Virus record (IMG/VR): IMGVR_UViG_3300046685_000084
Source of the DNA: an uncultured virus (IMG/VR IMGVR_UViG_3300046685_000084)
Taxonomy: Duplodnaviria; Heunggongvirae; Uroviricota; Caudoviricetes
Length of the DNA: 20,000 bases
Reading direction: 5' to 3' (one strand)
The notes beneath the pieces are model-generated. The model searched no databases. It had not been told where the DNA came from and worked only from the letters and a program-made list of their open reading frames with translations. The translations under genes and the position numbers were made by a program. This document shows positions 8,568-16,184 of this stretch, in pieces; the first letter of the stretch is position 1; the number at the start of each line of letters is the position of its first letter.

Positions 8568-9383
8568 ATGGGAAAACCGAGAACATATTCGATAGACGAA
8601 AATTATTTTAATGAGATTAATTCAAACAATAAAGCCTATATATTAGGTTTTATTTATGCAGACGGTAGTGTATGTAAAAATTATTTAAGTATTTGGTTGT
8701 CGGATAAAGATATTGAAATTTTAGAATTTATTAAATTGGAGTTAAAATATGAAGGTAAAATATATGTTCGTAATAATGAAATAAAAAATAAAAAATATGT
8801 AGGATTTTCCGTTTCGTCGAAAAAAATGGTTAATGATTTAATAAAATTGGGTGTCGTTAGAAATAAAACCTATTTATCAAAGGAATTACCAATTTATGAT
8901 AAGAAATATGAAGCAGCGTTTCTTAGAGGCTTTTTTGATGGTGATGGGTCAATATATTTAAATAATAATAGGGGGTATGATGAATATACGATTTGTTTTT
9001 CTGGTAATATTAGAGTTTTGGGCCAAATAAAAAATATATTGATAGGATACGATATCTCAAGTTGCAACATAAGGCATAGACATAGTAGCGATGAATCATG
9101 TATGTTGGAAATTAGAGGTAATTTAAATATTGAAAAAATATATAATTTATTTTATAATAATGCTGATTTTTATTTAAAAAGAAAAAAAGAAAGATTTAAT
9201 AACTTTAAATTAATGTTAACAAAATTAATAAAAAGAAATTTATCGGATGAAATAATAAACAACATAAGAATTTCATATTGTTCAGGAATGAAACAATTTC
9301 AAATAGCTAATGATAATAATATGCCTAAAAGTTCGGTAAGAACGGTAATACAAAGACTTAGGAAATATGGGGAAGTTAAATAG
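8568..9383 (+). CDS. Free-standing LAGLIDADG homing endonuclease with C-terminal HTH
   Basis: Two LAGLIDADG motifs (AYILGFIYADG, FLRGFFDGDG), typical phage 'DENYF..I' leader, and C-terminal HTH-like 'GMKQFQIANDNNMPKSSVRTVI'. Visibly more AT-rich than its neighbours. Overlaps the next gene by 17 nt. Confidence 0.92.
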   Translation: MGKPRTYSIDENYFNEINSNNKAYILGFIYADGSVCKNYLSIWLSDKDIEILEFIKLELKYEGKIYVRNNEIKNKKYVGFSVSSKKMVNDLIKLGVVRNKTYLSKELPIYDKKYEAAFLRGFFDGDGSIYLNNNRGYDEYTICFSGNIRVLGQIKNILIGYDISSCNIRHRHSSDESCMLEIRGNLNIEKIYNLFYNNADFYLKRKKERFNNFKLMLTKLIKRNLSDEIINNIRISYCSGMKQFQIANDNNMPKSSVRTVIQRLRKYGEVK

Positions 9384-12306
9384 TTTTATATTAAATTTAA
9401 GGGAAAAACCTTTCATTCAATCAATTATAAATGACTTGGGAGGCGAAGTTTTTGCAATGGGTGGAGTAGTTCGTGACCTTATACTTAACAAGCCAAATAA
9501 AGATATTGATTTGGTTGTTAGAAAAGTGTCAATAGATAGATTAATATCACAATTACAAAAATTTGGTAGAGTAGATGTTGTGGGTAAATCATTTGGGGTT
9601 ATTAAATTTATTGATAGTAATGGTGTCGATTATGATGTGGCTCTGCCAAGAACAGATAAAAAAAATGCTGAAGGTGGATATCGTGGATTCGATGTACAAA
9701 GCGATGAAAATTTGCCAATTGAGGCAGATATTACGAGAAGAGATGCTAAGATGAATGCAATGGCAATAAATATTAACACCGGAAAGTTTATTGACCCATT
9801 AGGTGGATTGAAAGATATTGAAAATAAACAGATTTCTGCTGCAAATCCGGAGGCGTTTTCAGACGACCCCTTAAGGATGATAAGAATTGTAGCATTTGCT
9901 AGTCGTTTTGGTTTTACTATTGAACTACAGACCATGCAGATGATTAAAGATAATGCTCATAGAGTAAAAGAAATTGCACCGGAAAGAATTTTGACAGAAT
10001 TTGACAAAATTATTGAGAAAGGCAATATAATTTTGGGAGTAAACCTTTTGACTAATACTGGATTGTATGAGCAAATATTTGGTGGTATTAAAAATACCGT
10101 AAGTCCGTTATTTGCTGATGTTCAGACGATGGGCGAATTTATTTATCTATTGGCTGTCGGTACAGTACCAAGTCCTGCAGAATTCTACAAGAACAATCTC
10201 AAGGGTGATATTCCAACATATAAAGAAATTAAGGCACTTGAATTGGCATTTACATTACCCGATATAAGTCTTCCTATTATTGAAAGGTCAACTGTTCATA
10301 ATATGTATTTACTTAGTCCACAAGCATTGCAAAGTCAAATAATTCCAATGGGATTACAAAAAGCCTCAGAAGAATTTCAACAAGGTAAATATCCTAAGAC
10401 CGTTAATGAATTGGCTGTAAATGGACAAGACTTGATGAGCGTTGGATTACAAGGTAAAGCTGTTGGTGATATGCAGAAGTCTTTACTATTAAAGATTTAT
10501 GCCGATAAGGTTAGAAATTCCAAGGAAGATTTATTAGCTTTGGCAAGACCTAATGGTGAAGTTATTAAAGAAGAAGTGAAGCCTGAAGACAAAATTGAAT
10601 ATGGTTGTTTGATGTTATTTCTTGATGTGCCTATTTGGAGTAAAATTACTTCCGTTATTAATCGTGAAGATATTTATGATGCTCCGGGATATGGAATTGA
10701 AACAGAACCACATACAACAATATTATATGGCTTTCATGATGAAGTAACTTCGGAAGATTGTTTTAATTTGTTCAAGGAAAACATGCCTGTGAAACCATTT
10801 AAGATAGGAATTAAAGGTATATCATTCTTTACAGGTAATCCTAAGTTTGATGTTGTTAAGTTCGATGTTGAATCACCAGAACTTACAGAATTAAATGAGG
10901 TTATGAAGGCATTACCACATACCAGTGCATTTCCAGATTATCATCCGCACATTACAATTGCGTATGTTAAACCCGGAGAAGGACAGAAGTATGTTAAGCC
11001 ATTCAAAAAGAACAGAATGCTCAATGGTAATGAATTGGTTTATACTTGGAAAGGTCATAAAGGTAATGACGGTGATAAACTCATGCTTGATGGTAGTATA
11101 GATGAAAGTATTGCAGATAAAGCAGCAGAGAAAATGTTTAATATTCCAAATCAGAGTGCAAAACAAGATATTCAAGCTGCAGGAGCAGTACAGGCGCAGG
11201 AAGAAAAACCAGTTGCTGTTATAAGCAAAATGAAAAATGGTAAAATTGATGCCTTTAGCATTGGAATATATGAAAACCCCAAATCTTTAGCTAATTTTGG
11301 TTCAAATACGAGAGCGATTGTAGACTTTGATGGAAACTTATTTATTGCACAAGAAAATGGTTGGTTCAATCACGGTGACATGGCACAAGTATTAGGTATT
11401 AGTGATTGGGAAGATGGCGTATACGAACAAATGGAAGAATATCAATTACTACAAAGAATTGAGAATAGCAATGCATTTGGATTAGCAGATAGTAGTGCAG
11501 ACTTTGCAGGCAGTAGACCATTATTGCCCAATGACCTTGAACCCAATCAAGATGAATATAATGAGAATTTTAAAATAGTTAACAACATATTACGTGCAGC
11601 TAAAAGAAAAAACCCTCAATATGATTTTTATAGTCAATACTATTTGAGTATTAATACTGAACCAGTTAGTCTTGAAGAAACCTATATGTACAATACATTG
11701 GAGCCAAAAAAATCTACTTGGAATGTAAGTGGTCAAACTGTCGACATTAATTTCTTCACTGACCAATATTATCAGTGGAATCAAGACAGATATGTATATA
11801 CAACAACAAAATCCGTATTGGAATTTCTTGATAATAATTATCCTGATTTAATGAATGATGAAAAATTAAAACACGATTTATATCACAAATTGGTCGATAA
11901 TGAAATACTTGATGAAGAACAGAAACAAATGAAAAACGTCAGATATACTGCAGTTGTACTTGATGATAAATCACGTACTGCTTTGTTAAAAAGACTTGGA
12001 AATATGATACCCGAAGGTTGGGAAACTATTGCACATCACATGACAATTAATATGGGTGCTATTGTTCCGGAGTTTGCAAAATTCTTGGGAATGAATGTTG
12101 ATTTAAATGCAGAAGACTTTGCTGCAGATGATAAAGTTATGGCTGTGGGTGTTGCAGGTATGCCAACTAAGAATGGTAAGCCACATATAACATTGGCAGT
12201 CAATCGTGCAAATGGTGGCAAACCAATGATGTCAAATCAATTAACTAATTGGGAAAAATTAAGCGAACCGCTTGTTTTAAGTGGTAAAGTAACTGAAGTA
12301 GAATAA
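9367..12306 (+). CDS. cca: 979-aa fusion: class II CCA-adding-type tRNA nucleotidyltransferase, Acb1/T4 gp57B-like 2H phosphoesterase, unknown domain(s), second 2H phosphoesterase (tRNA-ligase CPDase/SAK-like)
   Basis: NTase motifs GGVVRD, KDIDL, RRDAKMNAMA, FSDDPLRMIR, ERILTEFDK and tail LAVNGQDL. First 2H: YGCLM...PHTTILYG...PHITIAY. Second 2H: YTAVVLD...HHMTI...PHITLAVN. Confidence 0.9.
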   Translation: MGKLNSFILNLREKPFIQSIINDLGGEVFAMGGVVRDLILNKPNKDIDLVVRKVSIDRLISQLQKFGRVDVVGKSFGVIKFIDSNGVDYDVALPRTDKKNAEGGYRGFDVQSDENLPIEADITRRDAKMNAMAININTGKFIDPLGGLKDIENKQISAANPEAFSDDPLRMIRIVAFASRFGFTIELQTMQMIKDNAHRVKEIAPERILTEFDKIIEKGNIILGVNLLTNTGLYEQIFGGIKNTVSPLFADVQTMGEFIYLLAVGTVPSPAEFYKNNLKGDIPTYKEIKALELAFTLPDISLPIIERSTVHNMYLLSPQALQSQIIPMGLQKASEEFQQGKYPKTVNELAVNGQDLMSVGLQGKAVGDMQKSLLLKIYADKVRNSKEDLLALARPNGEVIKEEVKPEDKIEYGCLMLFLDVPIWSKITSVINREDIYDAPGYGIETEPHTTILYGFHDEVTSEDCFNLFKENMPVKPFKIGIKGISFFTGNPKFDVVKFDVESPELTELNEVMKALPHTSAFPDYHPHITIAYVKPGEGQKYVKPFKKNRMLNGNELVYTWKGHKGNDGDKLMLDGSIDESIADKAAEKMFNIPNQSAKQDIQAAGAVQAQEEKPVAVISKMKNGKIDAFSIGIYENPKSLANFGSNTRAIVDFDGNLFIAQENGWFNHGDMAQVLGISDWEDGVYEQMEEYQLLQRIENSNAFGLADSSADFAGSRPLLPNDLEPNQDEYNENFKIVNNILRAAKRKNPQYDFYSQYYLSINTEPVSLEETYMYNTLEPKKSTWNVSGQTVDINFFTDQYYQWNQDRYVYTTTKSVLEFLDNNYPDLMNDEKLKHDLYHKLVDNEILDEEQKQMKNVRYTAVVLDDKSRTALLKRLGNMIPEGWETIAHHMTINMGAIVPEFAKFLGMNVDLNAEDFAADDKVMAVGVAGMPTKNGKPHITLAVNRANGGKPMMSNQLTNWEKLSEPLVLSGKVTEVE

Positions 12307-12833
12307 TGGACGACAATAAAGAACATCCTTGGCAAGAAACATCGGAAGAAGGATTTGGCTATGAAAACGAATGCCTTAAAGATATTAATAATAAAAAATA
12401 TCCTGTTGCATATAGAAATTTAGATAAAGAAAAATATAAACTTTACGATATTATTCTTTTCGATGGCAAAATTCCTATTGTTCTTGAAAACCATAAAAAA
12501 GTAGAATGTAAATTTGATAAAAGAGGTCTTTTTACAGGCAACATTTGTATTGAAGTTGGCTGTAATGGTATTGCATCGGGTTTGATTACTTCCGAAGCAG
12601 AATATTGGATTATTTGTGACAGTGTTACAGAATATTTAATAAAAAAATCGGAAATACATCGTTGTATTGTTGAAAACATAAATATTATTCGATATGAACC
12701 CAAGTATTTGTTGAAACAAGAAGGTGGTATTTATAAAGAAATGAGTTTGTATTTAATAAATTCTACTATATTTACAGACTATTGTTTAGAAATTAAAGAC
12801 AGAGGTAAATTAACATACGAGAAAATGATATGA
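12306..12833 (+). CDS. PD-(D/E)XK-fold nuclease (phage family)
   Basis: 'YDII...VECKFD...TGNICIEV...SGLITSEAEYW' pattern. Coupled to neighbours by TAATG and ATGA overlaps. Confidence 0.7.
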   Translation: MDDNKEHPWQETSEEGFGYENECLKDINNKKYPVAYRNLDKEKYKLYDIILFDGKIPIVLENHKKVECKFDKRGLFTGNICIEVGCNGIASGLITSEAEYWIICDSVTEYLIKKSEIHRCIVENINIIRYEPKYLLKQEGGIYKEMSLYLINSTIFTDYCLEIKDRGKLTYEKMI

Positions 12834-13396
12834 TTAAGAGATTAGCAGTATTTGATTTTGATGGAACTCTTATGGATTCTCCTATGCCGGAAACAGGTAA
12901 AACACAGTGGTCGGAGAAAATGGGAAAGCCATATCCATTCTCAGGGTGGTGGGGCAGACCAGAAAGTTTAGATTTACAGATATTTGACATAAAACCATTT
13001 CTAAGTGTGTTGAAACAACTGAAAAAGGAAATTGTCACCCCCGGAACTTATGTGGTAGTCCTCACATCGAGAATGGAAAAACTACGTCCGCAAGTTCAAG
13101 CAGTACTTGATGCTAATAAAATTAAGGTTGATAAACTTGATATGAAACGTGCTGAAGGCAATAAAGGCACAAAAGTATTGCGTTATGTACAACAATTTCC
13201 CGACCTAAAAAGAATTAATGTTTATGAGGACCGTGATACTGATATCGAAGCATATGAAGGAATCAGAAATCAAGTACCACCTGGCATTGAATTTAATATC
13301 TATTTGGCAAACGAAGGTACTTTGGCATTAACCGAATCCAGTCGTAGTAATAACATATTGTGCATTATTCAAGAAGAAATTCAAAAATTAAAATAG
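12830..13396 (+). CDS. HAD-superfamily phosphatase, Swiss Army Knife RNA-repair-like (HAD_SAK)
   Basis: Motif I FDFDGTL.DSP, the WW..PESL segment characteristic of SAK-type HADs, motif II LTSR, conserved K, motif IV YEDR. Confidence 0.85.
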   Translation: MIKRLAVFDFDGTLMDSPMPETGKTQWSEKMGKPYPFSGWWGRPESLDLQIFDIKPFLSVLKQLKKEIVTPGTYVVVLTSRMEKLRPQVQAVLDANKIKVDKLDMKRAEGNKGTKVLRYVQQFPDLKRINVYEDRDTDIEAYEGIRNQVPPGIEFNIYLANEGTLALTESSRSNNILCIIQEEIQKLK

Positions 13397-13398
13397 AT

Positions 13399-13407
13399 GT
13401 ATTTATA
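13399..13407 (+). promoter_or_regulatory. GTATTTATA(GAAAA) putative late promoter
   Basis: Same 14-mer GTATTTATAGAAAA as at 18712-18725. Confidence 0.65.
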
Positions 13408-13411
13408 GAAA

Positions 13412-14269
13412 ATGTGTACGATGATAACAATGAAACACAAACCTCTTTATTTACCACAAATTAACATGCCTGTCGATGCGGTTGTAAAGCAACTGGATGA
13501 AGAGGGTGTTGATTATGAATATGTTCAAATACAACCAAGTGAATCTGATGGCATAAATCCCTCACAAGGTTTTACTTTTAGTGATGATGTCGGAAAGGTT
13601 GAACTCGATGACAAAAATCCAATTTGGCTTGCTAAAGAAGGTGATAAAGATAAAATTTGTGATGGTCATCATCGCTATACCCGTGCATTATTGGATGAAG
13701 TTCCAATGACTGCCATAAAAATAGATATGGATTTTAAAGATGCTTGTAGATTACTTAATAAAATACAGGATGTTTATGATTATACGGAACAACAGAGAAT
13801 GGAAGAAGTTGTTGCACAAGATGCTATCAATGCAAATAATGAAACAAACTCAGGTGCAAGTTACAATGAATTTCTAAGCAATCTTGAAGAAGATAACGCA
13901 GGTGTTCAAACAGAAAAACCAAGTAAAAATGATAAAGTAATTATCGGCTATCGTAGAGACCCTATAAGCGAAACTTCAGTCATTGGTAATTTTTTTACAA
14001 TAAGTCCGATAGAAGGATTTACACCATACGAAATTGAATTTGAAAACTTATTGGATACAAATGATTTGGGGGTTCAGTTTAAGGATAGCCAAATACCTGC
14101 AGAAATACTTGCAAAGATTTGGTTTCCGCACGTGAATTTCGAAAAATTAAGTGAGCAATATAATATTCCTTCACTTAATTTAAAAAATAAAGCCATTGCC
14201 GAAAAAGCAAAACACATGGGTTTTGATGGCATTAAATATGGCGATACATTATTACAAGGATTAAAATAA
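13412..14269 (+). CDS. ParB/Srx-like N-terminal domain plus possible degenerate ADP-ribosyltransferase-like C-terminal domain (true start may be 13421 or 13430)
   Basis: PSQ...PIW...ICDGHHRY (ParB/Srx). C-terminal 'GYR...GNFFT...YEIEFENLLD...GFDGIKY' resembles the ART-PolyVal layout. Confidence 0.7.
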   Translation: MCTMITMKHKPLYLPQINMPVDAVVKQLDEEGVDYEYVQIQPSESDGINPSQGFTFSDDVGKVELDDKNPIWLAKEGDKDKICDGHHRYTRALLDEVPMTAIKIDMDFKDACRLLNKIQDVYDYTEQQRMEEVVAQDAINANNETNSGASYNEFLSNLEEDNAGVQTEKPSKNDKVIIGYRRDPISETSVIGNFFTISPIEGFTPYEIEFENLLDTNDLGVQFKDSQIPAEILAKIWFPHVNFEKLSEQYNIPSLNLKNKAIAEKAKHMGFDGIKYGDTLLQGLK

Positions 14270-14275
14270 ATTATT

Positions 14276-14650
14276 ATGGCAAATTATAGAATTACAAACA
14301 TAACAGATACATTGGGAAAGCGTGAAGCTAAGTACGATGCAACATTAGATTTGAACTATATAGATTCAATGATGAAGAAGACCATTAAAGTTAAACCAAG
14401 TGAAACGGTTTATCTGAAAATACATTCATTACCACTCTCAATTCAGCAACTCAGAGTAAAGAAACTCATTAGTGTTGTTGAAATCAGCAATACAGAATTG
14501 GCGAATTGCATGAATGAGCACAAGCCAGTCATTCAGCCAATGCCTGTACCCGTAGAAATGGTAGAAACTCAAGAAGAAACCGAAAAAAGAGTGGCAACTA
14601 CAGAAAAAAAGAAAACGGGTAGAAAACCTCATGAAGTACTTGAAAGTTAG
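14276..14650 (+). CDS. Hypothetical protein (124 aa), charged disordered tail
   Basis: ORF in operon context, followed by a terminator. Confidence 0.75.
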   Translation: MANYRITNITDTLGKREAKYDATLDLNYIDSMMKKTIKVKPSETVYLKIHSLPLSIQQLRVKKLISVVEISNTELANCMNEHKPVIQPMPVPVEMVETQEETEKRVATTEKKKTGRKPHEVLES

Positions 14651-14675
14651 TAATATGCAGTAATATCGATATTCG

Positions 14676-14701
14676 AAGCCAACAAAATGTTGGCTTTTTT
14701 T
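14676..14701 (+). terminator. Rho-independent terminator
   Basis: AAGCCAACA-aaa-TGTTGGCTT perfect 9-bp stem plus T tract. Confidence 0.85.
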
Positions 14702-14743
14702 ATAAAATGTCTTGCCACTTGGCAGATTTTCCGCTATTTTTAC

Positions 14744-14752
14744 GTATTTATA
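14744..14752 (+). promoter_or_regulatory. GTATTTATA putative late promoter
   Basis: Motif after the terminator, 38 nt upstream of ATG 14791. Confidence 0.6.
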
Positions 14753-14790
14753 ATTAATTACATTATTTTATAATATTTTATAAATACAAC

Positions 14791-16173
14791 ATGGACGGAA
14801 AAATTAGAATCTTATTCTATAATTTAGACGGGGCGGGCGTAAACTACTTCAGAACACTAACGCCTGCACAAGAACTTGAAAAAAATCACTCAGATGAATT
14901 TTACTCCGAAATAAATCCTGAACTCGATTTTAATGACCCTAAGACAATTGATTATCTCAAAACTTTTCACATCATACATTATCATCGTCAATTTTTACAA
15001 GACAGTCAAAAGATGAAGCAACTTGTCGAAGAGTTGCGTAAGAATGGCACAATCATAATGGTTGACATTGATGACTACTGGCAATTACATAAGAATCACC
15101 CCTTCTATTCACTTAGTTTAGAAAAGAAAATGCATATTCCCATTTTGGAGAATCTTAAGATGGCTGACTATGTAACTACAACCACAGACTTATTTGCAGA
15201 AGAAATTCGTAAAGTTACTGGTAAAGATAATGTTGGGGTATTTTATAACTCAATTGACCCCACATGGATGAAACAATTTCAAAACAACTGGAAACCCGAC
15301 CCTGATGGTCTTGTTAGAATTACATATATGGCAGGTTCTTCTCACATGGGTGATGTTCAACAACTTGATGGAGTATTCAATGTACTTCATAATGATTGGA
15401 ATTTAAAGAACAAATTTAAAGTAATTATTGCTGGTTGGGATACGGAAGGTAATACTACTGATATCACATTCAACCAAGATTTTGGCGATGAACTACAGAA
15501 AATCGGTAAGTGGACCATTAGCAATGTTAAAATTATTAATAAAACTCGTGGTAATGTTGATATGATTCCCGGCTTGTCACAAGAATTGAAAGACAAATAC
15601 AGGGGCAAAGTTTTTAGTGAGAATCAAAGAGACATCAAATCTGAAGAAAGCGTTTATCTTATCTATGAAAAAATTCTGACAGATAATCACCGTAATATTG
15701 AAAACAAAGATTACGTGCAGTGGTTATCAAATATGGAAAGAAATGTTAATTATGATAATGAAGGCAACTTTGGTAGACGTTGGACTCAAAAAGCAAATAC
15801 ATATGCCCAAGTATTGGACGAAACCGATATTGTAATAGCACCACTTGCAGACAATCCATTTAACAGAATGAAGTCTAATTTGAAACAAGTGGAATGCTGG
15901 ACAAGGAAACTTCCAATAGTATGTTCAGGTATTCCACCATATGATGTAGATGGTAGACATTTAGAAAATTGTGTACTAATTCCTGCAGAAAAAAATGCCA
16001 GAAAGTATTGGCAGAAGTATTTAAAAAGACTAATATTAGATGCTGACCTTCGTAAACAACTTGGAGAACAGCTATATGAAGACTTTAAAGATAAATATAA
16101 TTTAGCTGATGTTACTAAGAAACGTGCAGACTTTTATAGAGCTGCAGTTATGAAAACATTGGCAGTAGTATAA
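14791..16173 (+). CDS. GT-B fold glycosyltransferase (GT4-like phage family)
   Basis: 'GVNYFRTLTP', 'DIDDYW', 'ADYVTTTT..FAEEI', 'NSID', 'GSSHMGD', 'DIVIAPLADNPFNRMKSNLKQVE', 'LRKQLGEQLYE'. Confidence 0.85.
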   Translation: MDGKIRILFYNLDGAGVNYFRTLTPAQELEKNHSDEFYSEINPELDFNDPKTIDYLKTFHIIHYHRQFLQDSQKMKQLVEELRKNGTIIMVDIDDYWQLHKNHPFYSLSLEKKMHIPILENLKMADYVTTTTDLFAEEIRKVTGKDNVGVFYNSIDPTWMKQFQNNWKPDPDGLVRITYMAGSSHMGDVQQLDGVFNVLHNDWNLKNKFKVIIAGWDTEGNTTDITFNQDFGDELQKIGKWTISNVKIINKTRGNVDMIPGLSQELKDKYRGKVFSENQRDIKSEESVYLIYEKILTDNHRNIENKDYVQWLSNMERNVNYDNEGNFGRRWTQKANTYAQVLDETDIVIAPLADNPFNRMKSNLKQVECWTRKLPIVCSGIPPYDVDGRHLENCVLIPAEKNARKYWQKYLKRLILDADLRKQLGEQLYEDFKDKYNLADVTKKRADFYRAAVMKTLAVV

Positions 16174-16184
16174 AACTAAAAACA

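Noticed and set aside
8517..9383. Group I intron or intein around the LAGLIDADG ORF
   Set aside because: Only 51 nt of non-coding sequence upstream and an overlap downstream. No P/Q/R/S core or intein C/S...HN splice motifs seen, and the ORF has its own start, stop and promoter motif.
9367..10550. Poly(A) polymerase (pcnB) assignment
   Set aside because: The PAP signature G[RK][RK]F is not met (VVGKSFGV), and the CCA-type C-terminal LAVNGQDL segment is present. CCA versus CC- or A-adding specificity cannot be settled by eye.
14704..14730. Second hairpin (TGCC-actt-GGCA core) after the terminator; possible ncRNA or operator
   Set aside because: Short imperfect stem, a single occurrence, and no recognisable RNA family.
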